From Trichoplax adhaerens (Eukaryota; Animalia; Placozoa): 64,000 bases of DNA. Shown one piece after another: positions 41,090 through 54,694 of this stretch. The notes beneath the pieces are model-generated. The model ran no database searches and had not been told where the DNA came from. It worked only from the letters and a program-made list of their open reading frames with translations. Each line of letters opens with the position of its first letter. Positions within the stretch are counted from its first letter, which is position 1. The translations under genes and the position numbers were made by a program. The DNA lies in assembly GCF_000150275.1 (NCBI RefSeq), contig NW_002060956.1, positions 752,913-816,912 on the forward strand, in the 5' to 3' direction.

Positions 41090-41932
41090 TACAGGAATAA
41101 TTCCTACGTAAATGTCACCACTGTACTCTATGGCCATATACATCACGTCGGTATAACTAATTAATTGATCGTTTGCATCTATTTCGATGCTATCAAGAAA
41201 ACAGCACATATTTTCACGCTAATATTTATCGAAATGACATTGTGTAATTACAGTAATATCTATATAGATATCTATATAGTATTCTTTATGTTCATAAACT
41301 ACTATAAATAGGCGGCAAAATCGGTAACTAAAAATTTTAATAATCTAGACTTAGCATCAACATCTTGTATCACAATCTTGTACTTTTTGTAGTTTTGTTA
41401 AATATCAGTAATTATCTCCTATAGCATAAAACGTAACACCTGGGCATAAAAAGTAATTTCTTTGATGTTATATTTTAAAGCAAGAGACATAACAAAATTA
41501 TTCAACAACAGATTGAAATTTAAAATATTTACCCGGTATTATAAGACCGAGAATATAGATTTATAAGTTATAAATCGGTTGTATCCATAAAGATTTTTTA
41601 AAGCTATCTAAACGCAAGTATAGTATAAATTATTATATTCAATCATTTCAATAATTACGTAGCTTTGCATAACTTTATAATATATAAAGCCGAGACTAGT
41701 ATTGAATTATAAAATCTACAACATTGGCTATTTATGAAAGGCATATGCCGTATATCATTGAAAGAGAAATTCAATCAATTTTAATAGGCTGTACAATCTA
41801 ATAAATAAATTTTTAGTATTGAATTATTATAAACTACAATAAAAATGAAGCAATCGTATTACTTTTGCTGCGATATTAGATCAATTTTCTGTATCTTTAC
41901 AAAAGTTATTGTATGAAATATGTAGTATAAAG

Positions 41933-44900
41933 TTAAACAGCCGGCACGGTAGAAGTAGGCTTTAAGATTACATCTTGACCAAACTTCCATATAGCAACCC
42001 TCCAGATAAATGGGGCAATTAAGAAACTTAACATGGTGATAGTCAGCATAATTAAGTACATCTAAAAGATTATTAAAGATGAGAAGTAGATCCCATTAAT
42101 TTGTTAGATACATTTTAAACTTACGTTAAAAAATATATTGTAAGAACTAAGTGCTGTAAAGTAATAAATCAATATCTGATACTGAAATTATTATGACAAC
42201 ATAAATCAAGATGATTACCTCGCGAGAAATAAGACCCATCTCTTGTCCTCTACAACCTAAAACAAAAGCAAATTCACTAATTTGTGCTAATCCAGCTCCT
42301 ACAATCCAATGGATATTATATGTTCTTGGTAGCAAGCACGTCATGACTGTTACTCCAATGAGGAACTAGAAATATAAACGATAAGGGTATATTAAGCTTG
42401 AATATAGATATCGTAAATTCAAAATCAGTTTCTCTCATTACCTTAGAAAAAACAACCGCAAAAGTTACAGTCAGGAGAATTGTCCACTCGTACATAATAA
42501 ATGTTGGAAATAAATGAAGACCTGAAATAGGTAAAAACGCACATTTTTCTAAGTTAGCCTTGGCCCTACTAGAATAAATTGAGTAATGATCTCCAAAACA
42601 CGCAAAAGTAAGTATTGCTATAACCTCACGATAATATTCCTGATTAGAACTGTAATTTTACAACTTACCCATACATGTAAAAAATATACATGCAAAGAAA
42701 TCACGTAATGGTTCTATCAGCTCTGTAATCTGTTTGAAAAGTCAATCGATTAATTTCGATGTATTATTGTAATGGTATGCTATACGTATTATCACTATTA
42801 CAGCTTTATAACCAGTATGATTTGTAACTATTTGCCTGGCGCTATCAGGCTACGTTTACTAATATTTATCAATGTACAAAGAAGTTAATTATACCTTTTC
42901 AGCCATATGGTGACCTTGAGCACTTATCATAACACCGGCCATGAAACAGCCAAGCTCCATGGAGACATTTAGAGCATCCGTTATCTAATAATAGTCCAAT
43001 ACACGCACATAAAGGAATAAGTCATAATATGCAGTTAATTTGTAATTAAACCAGGAAAATAATTAAAAATTGATTGCCACTCATTAATAACTTGATTCTC
43101 CTCTTACCAGTAACATGCTATACGCCAATGCTAGTGCTGCAATGCATAGCATTTCATTGCTATTCAGATTTTGAATTAGTCTATAATGTAAGGATGACAA
43201 ATATAATTTACAGTTAGCTTTGATCTTACTATAGTATAGTATTTCATCCAGGGCATACATTTTGGTCCAGAAAGAGAAGTAATTTTATAGTTTTATAAGT
43301 ATTACATACATGATAGAGCAATACATAATACATATGATACTATCTATGAATAGATTGCCACACCTTAAAAAGACGTATAAAAATAATTGGAAATGATATT
43401 TTTAGTTTCAAACCTAAAAAAATGGCCAACAACGTATCTGCTTAATATAAAGCACAATAGGACAAGGCCAACCAATGATCCAATTAATTTCAGGCAGACC
43501 ATAACTGTACCCATGGCTCCACCGTCTGCTGTTGCTGTTTTTCCAGCTAGCGCAGGCAAGATTGCAATTAATAAGCCAAGCATAACATCTTGCATGACGA
43601 GAACGCCTAATAAATGACTCTCATAGTCCTTTTCTGGGCATCTTCCACCTACGAAATAAATCAATAAGCCAAAAATGTTGGATTGCTTTGATTTAGTATC
43701 AAATATCCAAAAATTAATAGGAAATGCTCACAAAGAGAATAAAATATTTGAGTCAATTATTTGCTAATTAGTACTTTTTAGTCTCATCATACTAATGGAT
43801 TAATTCACCTACTTTTAATAGACGGACTGGGAGGTGTATTTTGAAAAAATTTTACAATAAGAGGTGTACTGGAAATAGATAACGAAGCTGCAACAAAAAA
43901 TGTCTGATTGGGTTTAATGCCGAAGATAGCGCCCAAGATGAGACCACCAGAAACTAAGCCCAGTAGTTCTGCAGCTGTGCCAAAGACAGCAGTCTTCCAT
44001 ATCTATTCGAGAAAGGTAAGCCGTACGTAAGGAATTCTTCCGTCTCATATATTTATCTTAGCAAAGTATATAGTTGATTTCTATTAAGGTCTACATACCC
44101 TTTTAACACGATCTGGTGAAAATTCCATGCCAACAACAAATAAAATATACAAGACACCAAACTCTCCTAAGGTTTCAATTTGAACTAAATTCTAATTTAA
44201 TCAGAAATTTAAATGATTGATTACAATTATTAAATTATACGGAAAAAAAAATATATATTTCTACAAATGCAAATTCATGTTACCCGAGATGTGCCTCTTT
44301 AAAAGGAGATATAAAATGGGGATATAAAATTTTATATCTATACTATAGATTGCGGCTTTGCAATATCCAAAAAGGTATAGTATGAGAATTGATCAAATAC
44401 TGGATAAGCGAATAAACAACTGATAAGGAATGTAATCCCTCATAGAGAGTAGAGTATCATCGAATTTTCAAATTAAGATACTAGTCCATGTTAGTAAGGT
44501 AATGCATCGATTATCGGCTGATTGCAAATTATCTCTATCATGAATTTTGTCGCAAAAGTAGTTTGTGATATTGCCAAATGCTTTTCAAGTTGATTAAGGT
44601 AAATTCATGTATAAATATGCATGAATTTTTCATTTATGCATATTTAGAATAGCGTAGAGTAATTTAATACAGTACTTCAAGGATAGAAAGATAGCAGACA
44701 TGGATGACTCTTATTTTACACTATCATAAAATAAAAGGTAGAAAAATTGAACATTTATATCCTTTAATTTATGCTATCTTATAGGGGTAGTTAGTGAGTT
44801 GACATCATAACGATAGGAAACTGATCGCTTTAATATTCAATGGATGTTTTGTTACATAATATTTGATGAATGAAAAACTGAATCTTTATAGCGGTAACTT

Positions 44901-46120
44901 TTTCATTTATATCGCCATGAAATAGCAAATACAAATTCAATATTGGATATTTATTATCTTGATAACTGAATCCTATTTGAATATTTTGATGATTGCTAAA
45001 AAAATTTGGGACAGGTTTGAATAGTAGTGTAAGAATTATGTCTGAAAGAGAATCTTTCAGCGTACATATTATCATTTTTAACAACTAACAGCCGGTTACT
45101 AACCTTTAATGCATTTTCTCCTGATGGGCCAAGAATCATACCGCATAAGATAAAACCAAACATGGCTGGTAAGGTTAATAGGGAACAAAACCATCCGCAA
45201 AGGAAAGCCATTAAAATGATAAAAACAATATCTTGTATAAGATGGTGATCTTCATGTGGTATAGTAGCATCTTTGGGTTTACTGAGGACATATTGATTAC
45301 TTTTAGAATCAATCAAAATGGATAATCCGCGATCTTCAGCTCCATCTTCTTGGCTTCCTTTCTGATGTTTGGAATTGTCCAGGGCGTCAGCATCGACTTT
45401 AATGACAGCTTGTATTCTTGCACCTTTTAATTTTTTAGTCTGTTCAAAAATATCTTCATGCAATTCTGCTTCTAAGCGATCAGCAGCAACAATTAAACCT
45501 TGTACGACATCGTCCATAATTTTCCCCATTGCACCAGAATCGTCACTATCGGTTGGATCAGTTTGATTTTCGTATTTCTCTACTTTTTCAACAGCGTCCA
45601 TATAACGTTCAGCTTGTAGAATAGCATTATACTCTTGTTCTTCTCTTAATGCAGCTTTACGTAATGATTCTAGTCGTCGTTTAGATGCTAATTTAAAGCC
45701 TTCAATGCTTTGATAGCCACCTCTCAAACTTCGTCGTAAGCTATTTAATGAGCTGTAAAATGTTTGCTCACTTTCACGTAACTCGCGTACAAATATACGG
45801 AAAGTATTGGCACGAACCCGTTTCTCTTTTTCACCTAATCCTTGATTATCTTCTACTTTATGGATCGCTTCACCTAATTGATTAATTACTTTACGATTAG
45901 TTTGTAGTAGAGATTCAACAGCGACACATGTTCGAGCATTCCAACGCTTAAAATAGCGCGTATCATTCGCTTTGGATATAGATTGATTATTTCGGTTTGA
46001 TTTATGCGCATTGGGCTTATTCTTGTTAGAAGGCTGATTAAAACTGATTCCTAATTGCGAATATAGCGCTAAAAAGAGGAATGCCATCAACAGCCAGGAT
46101 GATCGTCTAGTTTTCAACAT
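41933..46120 (-). CDS. TMCO3: Transmembrane and coiled-coil domain protein 3 (CPA2-type K+/H+ antiporter)
   Basis: Signal/TM segment, long coiled-coil region and LIDSKSNQYVLSKPKDATIPHEDHHLIQDI. CPA2 motifs follow: GMILGPSG, ETLGEFGV..LFVVGMEFS, SISSTPLIVK, LGVLVMQDV, SMELGCFMAG, IEPLRDFF, LAQISEFAFVL. Stop at 41933-41935. Confidence 0.92.
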
Positions 46121-47539
46121 GTTAAGAAATTGTCGAACGCAGCAACGCCGGTATGGATTGATTATTAATTTTCTGACTAGAATAGTCACCAGTTGCCTAG
46201 TTGAAAGAAATTCAATTAATCAAGGATATCTTTCAAGATCAATTGATGTGATTTATTGCCTGTAATCTATATCCTACGGCATTTATATTAATTATCAAAG
46301 TATGCAACAGCTACATCTTCGTGTAGACATATAGAGTATGTTTTCGCAGGATAGCAATGTCTTTCGTATGGCTGTATAAGCTTAAAAAGACTATCAAGGC
46401 AGCTTAGTTTATCATCATTTTATAACACTTTTATAAAACTTTTCATAAACGTAGGTTTGTAAAAGTGGTGATTTGAATAGCTTATGTTTCAGCAAGCTTA
46501 GTATGCAAACTAAAGTAGTGCTGCTCGTCGTTTTATGAAACTTTTTCACAAGAATAGACGGTGCAGTAATGTCCAAGCTAGCCTAGACAAAGTTGATACT
46601 CTTATGACTATTTCTGATTATGATAGTTATTTCAGCGATATTGAAGTTGATCAAATTTGACAAATATCACTATTTTCTCTTCACAATGGCAGAATCGAGA
46701 GTAGAACATTTTTTAAAAGAGTAATAACAGCCAAAAAATGCTCGCTTCTCCTATGTTATTAAATGATTAATATTTCCTCAGATTGGCAAGTCGCTGATGG
46801 GTGAGGAATATTTAACTGGGTTCTAATATCATAGAACTAACCAAGTTGATCATTGCAACCATCTAAAAAATTACAAACAAGTCGTTGCGAGATTGAACTC
46901 GTATATCCTTTCTTTTAGACTATCATTTCAATCTTAACGATACTAAGAATAAAAGACGAACTTCCGCTTGCAGTTAGCGTATTTTATATTTTCGGAATAC
47001 GTAAAGTTGAACATCTAATAGATATAGTGGGTTTGCGACGATAAAATGGGATTGAATCTATACTATGGATGGAGATCATCAATTATTGATTCTTACTTCC
47101 ATGTTGGTCACTGTTAGTCAATTCTTAGTACAAAATCACTATTAATGATGTCAAGGTAGAAAATATAAATGTTTCACGTCATGGATTTACCTTATGCTTA
47201 ATAGTAACATCTGCTAAATACTATCTACGTTGTAACGCACTGCTGACTATAGTCGTTGTCGATTAACTTTTGCATCTTGTTAGATGTACGAAAGGGTTAC
47301 AACATTAGAGATGCCTTTTTGATATCTCCACTGCCTTTTGATCGGTATGAGATGATTAATGATACTTTCTATTAGCTTAAAACTGATCAAAGATTTCGAA
47401 TTAAGGGAGGATACTTGAAACAAATCACGTTTCTAATAAATAGAAATGCTTTTACTAGGTATACAATAGCCATATCAAGACTGGATATGGTTGTGTTTGT
47501 GTGAGCAAAAAGCAAAATACCGACTCAAACTTAAATTGA

Positions 47540-47925
47540 TTAGTAAATGAAGCAAGATATGATATCGTACAACCATATTAGAAATTAAACATTGCACTAT
47601 AGAAATATGAAAAGTCAGCGATTAGAATTGAAAATAGTTTAGCAAATGAAGAAGAATTGATGTGTTGCAACTGCATCAAAATTAAACTTAGAACTATAGA
47701 AATAAAGAAAGGAAGAGACGGCTTTGAATTCAGACTCATTTAGTAAATGGATGTGAAACGGCATCTTAATTAAACAACCAGAGCCTTAGAAATAGGCCTA
47801 GCGATGGTTCCAATTTAAAATTGTTTAGTAAATGTAAAATAAATGTTGTGTGCTATAGCTGTATCAAAATTAAATTATGACAGCATAAATTATGTAAAGG
47901 TGAAATGAACTTAAAATTGTTTCAT
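47540..47925. repeat. Highly degenerate ~90-100-bp tandem repeat, ~4 copies
   Basis: The motif series ttagtaaatg...aattaaac...tagaaata recurs at ~47540, 47640, 47740 and 47826. Confidence 0.55.
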
Positions 47926-50900
47926 GTGTCAATAAAAAGTAAGGTAGTTATTCGTGAATAAGAGAAATTAGTAATTCTACATTGACGCTAGTTTATTGAA
48001 TTTCAAGTAGCTTTTAAAGCTGTAACTTTAACACTAATTAATAGCACAATATTGGCTCGGTATGATTTACATATATATTAATTAATAATGATAGAAATTG
48101 GTTCGCGTAAAGGTAAAGAAAGGCTTTAAAGGAAGGTATGATTTTGTATTACTTTCTTCAACAGCAGCGCCGATCATACATGTATTACAATCTATCATCT
48201 TCTTTTGCAACATGAGTTAGTAGTGCAATAACTGGTAGCGGAAATGGGAAAGCTTAAAAAAGTGGGATGTAATATTTTGTTTTTACCTCTAATTTGAAAC
48301 ATCCACAGTATATCATGTTATGATCAATCGTTATTTAATTTCAATTCACAATTAAGGAACGTTATATACAAAGTGAAAGTTAAGATGAGTTTTACAACGT
48401 TCTCACTATAATTTCTAGATTATATGGATAAAAATGAATTATCCTTTTGTTGGTGAATGAATAATAAACTAGTACCATGATAAAATTGAACGCTAGTACT
48501 ATAAATCTAAGCGAAATTGCCTAAGAATGCCATTTTCTTAATACAATATGAGGGGAATATTTGTTGAAATAAAATTGTCGATATTGAAATAATAAAAGAA
48601 AAGACGGATAAAAGTTATTTTCAATGCATAAGAAATAATGATAAAAGTGTATAAAATTAAGAGGGAAAATTATTAAATTTCAAATGAGTTTACATTACTA
48701 GAAGAAAATATCGAATAGCTACCATTAAAATGACTCAAAAATTCTACCTTTTCTCTGTAGAATGACTTGAAGACAGAATGGTCGAATAAAATAATTATTT
48801 AAAGGAAAGAATGTTACAGAAATGATGTATGACATATGAAATTGGTAAAGTAGACGTCATAAGTTGGAACATATGGTAGTACATATGGTTAGAACTATTT
48901 TTAAAAGAAAATAAGCCGAGGATGATATGAGGCAATAGGTTGTAGATCCAACTGTGCATCGGTATTTTATGAAGTGGTACTTACCCTTCCGACATTGACT
49001 AAGAGAATTGGCCAGTATCAAGAAGGATGAGATTGTTGCGTTGATTAATTAGCTAAGTACGCCAATTTAACTAGATTATCGTATCATGGATCATTTATTG
49101 CAAATCAATGGATGATTAATAATATCAAGCGCAGTCCGATAGGGATAATTATGATAGGTAGTAGATCAGTAGGATTAGAATGCTAATCCGTTAGGAAAGA
49201 ATAAGACTACAGTACGGGATGGATAATACTGTGGTTAAGCAACATGAACAACGAAAATTAGTAATTGTTTGGCCTAAATATGTGCATGAAATATTCCACT
49301 CAGTAAAGTAAACATGTATGGGAAAGTAGCGCGAGCACAGGCTTCTACTACTAGCTTTCATGAATAAAACTAGCGAATACCTTCTACAGCATGTCGCTAC
49401 TTTCTATACTTTTATAGCGGCAACAGCGCGAGATTAAGAATTCTTTTCTAGTCTTAATCACTTTGTCGCGTGCTGCACCATTTACATTTCATACATGAAG
49501 TTGTTCTTCTTATGTTGAAAATGATTGTACTGTATATATACAGTATAGTATGATTAGTCGTTCGACATGCTATTATAAACTAATGACCGAAATTTTCTTT
49601 CTTTATTACAGTTGTTTTGTGATATCACAATTCTGATAGCATGTACCACAGCTTGTTAAATCAATGAATTTTTCTTCAATTGATTTATAATTATTGAAAT
49701 TGAACGTATCTCTTGACTGCAAGATTTTGTAATTGTGCCCATTACTTCTGTGTTGGTGTAGTATTTTATGAAGCACTTTATTCTGGAAGAATCTTCCCTA
49801 ATAATACAGTGTACTAGCTGATTGTAATATTAGCTGGTCGTTGCTACTAAATTGCGTTTTCTAGCTGAGTCAGATATAGCTCTGTGATGGTTTGATGGGT
49901 AATGACAGGCCTAAAGTTACTAATATTGCCGTACCCTAAAATCGATTTTAGTATTCCTAGGGTTTGAATGTATTTTAGGGAAGAAATTCGATTGCATTTT
50001 ACAACAATATATTTGATTTACCATGACTATTTCATTATTGGCTTAATAGGGAAGAATATTGGCGTTGAATCAGGGGATTTGGTTGATGTCCTAAAAAGCG
50101 CTCTATTTTAGGTGTTGGCATCGTTAATTTAATTTAATTAATGTACTAACCAATTTCGCTTGGGCAGTCCATTTATTTTACTTTACTTTATACGGGTGTA
50201 CAGTAAATCGTATGGAGTATAGTCCATAGTTGGCCTAACTAAACACCCTTGTTAATAAATACATAGACACAATATTCATTTACTTTAGTTATTTCTAGCA
50301 CTTTATTTATTGATACAGTATTGCATTAATTTGTTTATCTTTCGGTTTAACCAGTATTTCAAATTGACATCCTTGCCAAGTATGAGGTTGAAGAATTTCA
50401 TTTTTTTAGTAGGTCGATATTGATGTTTTAAAAGTGATTCTAGTTGGATATTTTTCTACTTTTCACGATTGTAGCATCTGTTATGCAGTTGAATGCAAGT
50501 CAGAAGGACTTGTGGTGGCTACGGGTATTTTAAACTGGATTGATCTTGTCTCTACCTCTCCATGAAATCGATTCAATCATGATGATAATATGTGAGCTAG
50601 TTTCATTCACTCTACAATTTCTTTTACTCAAGTCAATATACCTTGAATAAAAAGAAGGATACTGTCATTACTATGCACAATAACATAATTCCAACGGTTG
50701 CATACTTGGTATACGCATAAAATCGTATCGATTCGAAAGCTACAGCAGTCATGAGGGTGGAGCATTATTTTTTCAAAGGCTTTTACCCAACTATAATGGA
50801 ATAGACTCTGTACAGAGGCATAGTGAGGCACAGACCAGGAGAAGAAAAGCCAGATTTGCCTTACTGGCAGCCGGCCTACCCAATCTTACTGATGGAGGCG

Positions 50901-51289
50901 TTAGAATATAGTTTATCTAGCGTATGAATTGATCCTGTTGATTTTGCTTGAGTTATGAACGTCCACCTGAGGAAGAAATCTCTACCTCAATCATGGACTA
51001 CTCCCAAAAAAGTTGATTGCTGTAGTATGATAGTCTATGACCGAGTTGACAGCGGGTCGTATTATCCTCAATGATGATTAATTGATAATAGATCACTTTG
51101 ACAGTTTATTTTTCCAGTTTTATGCCAGTTCACGTCTATAGTCTTTGAAAAATGGCATAAAACTTGGAAATTTGGCTGTGAGAGTGGCCATCATAGAGGT
51201 AAAATTGTATTCTCCTATGGCTGTAAAACTACGACATTAATTCATTCAAGCCATTTCTGCTTCGTTAACGTCTTAGTACTGTCACTATG

Positions 51290-51781
51290 CTGGTATGACC
51301 TTGCTTGACCTGACCGGATGGAGTGTGACAGCATGCTACTGTCACGCGCCGGCTCGTTGACGATAGGAAATGAGTTGGAAAAATGAAACTTCATCGCTTT
51401 GTATCGTACAGTACTGAGCAGTGGTCTAGTATGCAACACTGACTAGCACATGCTAGAAGTTTCCAATGGGACACTCGAGAGACGGTCCTATAGGACGTTT
51501 CCTCGGTACCGGACCGGATCGGTATGACGCCATTTTGGTGGTGAACCAGTGCGAACGTGGGGCGTACGCTTCACTCCTATACACGAAATCGACCAACGTA
51601 GGGTCCAACATTGGGGGGGGGGGGGCTGAAGCCAACTGAGGCTGACACCAACGACAACGACAGCAAATCGTGCCGTGCCTTCTTGGCTTCGTTGCTACCT
51701 AACACCACGATCGGCAGGAAGCGATTGACGCTACTCGTACGTCTGTGGTACATCACTATCGTGCTCTTCTACTACAAGTAG
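51290..51781. promoter_or_regulatory. GC/CpG-rich promoter island and probable non-coding first exon of glycogenin
   Basis: Locally high GC and CpG content, YY1-like GACGCCATTTTG at 51526-51537, palindrome gtcctataggac, a G-run, and a strong donor AG|GTAAG at 51781/51782. The glycogenin ATG exon starts with an acceptor at 54681. Confidence 0.55.
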
Positions 51782-51810
51782 GTAAGCCGCCATGATAAAT
51801 CAGTGGATCA

Positions 51811-52270
51811 AGTAGAAAGCGATTCCTTTCCTTCATTTCTTCTTGATCATCAGCTTTAATGAATCAGCAGTGGCATTGCATGCATTCCTGTAATTGTCGT
51901 AGCCTAGTTGATTTCATTTCCAAGTGCATCGTTGCATGAAGACAGACTAGTAGAAAGCGATTCCTTTCCTTCATTTCTTCTTGATCAAGGTCACGAGAAA
52001 CGTTGATCATCAGCTTTCATCAATCAGCAGTGGCATTGCATGCATTCCTGTAATTGTCGTAGCCTAGTTGATTTCATTTCCAAGTGCATCGTTGCATGAA
52101 GATAGACTAGTAGAAAGCGATTCCTTTCCTTCATTTCTTCTTGATCAAGGTCACGAGAAACGTTGATCATCAGCTTTCATCAATCAGCAGTGGCATTGCA
52201 TGCATTCCTGTAATTGTCGTAGCCTTGTTGATTTCATTTCCAAGTGCATCGTTGCATGAAGACAGACTAG
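51811..52270. repeat. 160-bp tandem repeat, 3 copies (first lacks 22 bp)
   Basis: agtagaaagcgattcctttcc... starts at 51811, 51949 and 52109. Confidence 0.95.
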
Positions 52271-52539
52271 ATGATTGTACTTACTTGTTGACCATCACGA
52301 TAGAGTAGCATCATCAAGTTGAAAATTCATCATCCATAGGCAAGGTCTTAGCAAGGCTTGAAGAGCTTCATTTCCAAGCCAAGTATCGTAGTATGTGCAG
52401 TAATCGCTATTGCATCATCATCGCTCCAGATTCAGCAAGATAGTGTACTATACCGTAGAAAGCACTTGAAGATTCAATGTTGCACTTATGGCAAAGTAGC
52501 GATCTGTAGATAGATCCACCATCAGCCCACAGGATCCAT

Positions 52540-53105
52540 TCTACTCGTAGAGTCATTTTGGCCTTGACCAAAAGTACACTGAACAACTGTCGATACATCA
52601 TCCAACCAGATCGATTCTATTCGTCCAGTAGAGAAACATTTTGCCTTGCGCCATAGTAAGGATCTGCAGCTGGATCATCCAATCAACACGATAGATTCCA
52701 TTCTATGCTCGTGTTAGCAGAGTCATTTTGCCTTGTACCCAACTACCAACTGGTAGATAGATCATCCAATCAACACGAGATAGATTCCATTCTAGACTCG
52801 TATCAGCTTTGTCATTTTGCCTTGTACCAAACTACCAACTGGTAGATAGATCATCCAATCAACACGAGATAGATTCCATTCTAGACTCGTATGAGCAGAG
52901 TCATTTTGCCTTGTACCAAACTACCAACTGGTAGATAGATCATCCAAACCGATCGATTCTATTAGCAGAGTCAGTTTGTCATTTTGCCTTGTATCCAACT
53001 AGCAACTAGTAGATAGATCATCCAATCAACACGATAGATTCCATTCTAGACTCGTGTCAGCAGAGTCATTTTGCCTTGTACCAAACTAGCAACTAGTAGA
53101 TAGAC
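52540..53105. repeat. ~75-90-bp tandem repeat, ~6 copies
   Basis: Recurring gtcattttgccttgtaccaaactaccaactggtagatagatcatccaatcaacacg. Confidence 0.9.
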
Positions 53106-53684
53106 GGTCTAATTGCATAGGACATCAAATTACAGTACTCCTATTTTATTACGATTATGCAATTTCTCTTACTTGCAAGATGGCCTTGCAGACATCATGG
53201 TTGATGTCGAGCTATTTGAGGCACCATCATAAGTTGACTATGTTATACCTTGAAAGATTCAAAACTGCCATGATCTACCCATAATAGTCGTGGACAAAAA
53301 CAGCATTGTAGGATACATCCATTAGACTAGTGTAGATACCAAGAAGATCCTATATTGCTAGAGGTAGTGAGTAGATGCCTTGTGTAGACGTTGGAAATTG
53401 TCATGCAGATCATGATTTGCTTTCAGCATTAAGATTGAACATTGTAATGACATTTGAGCCAGAATAACTGCTGCAGAATACATCATCGGATTCAATATTG
53501 CCATCCTACTACTAGTATCCTTGAAACCACAGTATGAAGATAGCCATCATAGCTCATGTGAAAGTTTTCAGACTAGGTAGGTATTTTCCTATCAGCCACT
53601 AATCGATCGTTCATGCATTATTTCTACATGATATTCGTGTTTACATGCAGTAAGGAGTTTTAAAAATATTCCACAGTAATACCT

Positions 53685-54135
53685 TGCACACAAGCAGTCT
53701 ATTGATTGATGACTACATCCTATTTTCAGGACACTACCCTAGTTTGCAGTGGAGTATCTACATATGGTAAAGAGTCTACAATTATTATTTTTCATACTCT
53801 AGACGTAGTCTTACCTTTCATACAATCACAACATAAGCAGCCTATAGATGGATTTGAAAATCAATCTCTAAGGCCAATAATTGATGATTACCTCCTATTT
53901 CAGGACACACAATAATCCCTACCCTAGTTGGTTGTTGAGTAGTATATACATTCAGTCAAGAGTCCATAATTATTATTATTTTTATACTCTACAATAATAC
54001 CTTCCATGCAATCGCAACACAAGCAGTCTGTAGATGAATTGAAGATGCAAAATCAATCTCTAGGATCAATGATCGACTGCTTGATATTTCATGACATAGT
54101 ACATGGATCCCTCTATCCTAATTTGCAGTTGATGA
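53685..54135. repeat. Degenerate ~150-190-bp tandem repeat, ~3 copies
   Basis: Recurring cacaagcagtct, aaaatcaatctcta, ttcaggacac, accctagtt and agagtc..aattattatt..atactcta. Confidence 0.75.
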
Positions 54136-54694
54136 CGATAAAGAATATGGACATGATTCCTACTGATTGGGCAAATGAGTTGTGGGGATAATAGGCTAGA
54201 ATGGATAGGAAACGTGTCAAATGGCCTAATTCAAGGCGTTAATGTAACTAATGCCTATTCATTTGGATAGCATGACTGTTAAGCTTGTATCCGATATCCT
54301 AATCGCGTAGACATGATATAAGTCTAATGACAGCTCTGACTACCAGAAGGAATCTATGATCAATTGATTTGCCTTACCTGGTACCCTTTCATGAATGTTT
54401 AGCACAACATGAGAACCTTGTTAATAATTCGATTCGATACCATCATGGATCAAGCATTGCCTCATTTGCCTGTGATGGCGCCATAATGAAAATGAAAGCC
54501 AAATTAACACGTGGACTAGTTGTTAATGGAATTTATTTTTAACTCTGCTCCCTTTAATTCTCCACTTTGGAGTTGTTATTAATCCAATGGACAAACAATA
54601 TCCAACTTGTTAATTATTTATTTGCAAGAAGACTGTAGTAGATAATGTAGATTGCTCTCATCGCTATCCATTTCATTCTAGGTGGCTGACAAGA

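Noticed and set aside
46770-47350. Exon-like AG...GT segments on the plus strand upstream of TMCO3
   Set aside because: Could not be joined into a consistent frame or recognisable protein; a spliced non-coding RNA cannot be excluded without RNA data.
51453-51635. Pro-rich 60-aa minus-strand ORF
   Set aside because: Non-ATG start; it arises from the G-run and GC-rich promoter island.
53706-54191. Two similar small ORFs (QSQHKQ..NQSL) suggesting a peptide family
   Set aside because: Similarity comes from a degenerate DNA tandem repeat whose indels do not preserve frame.
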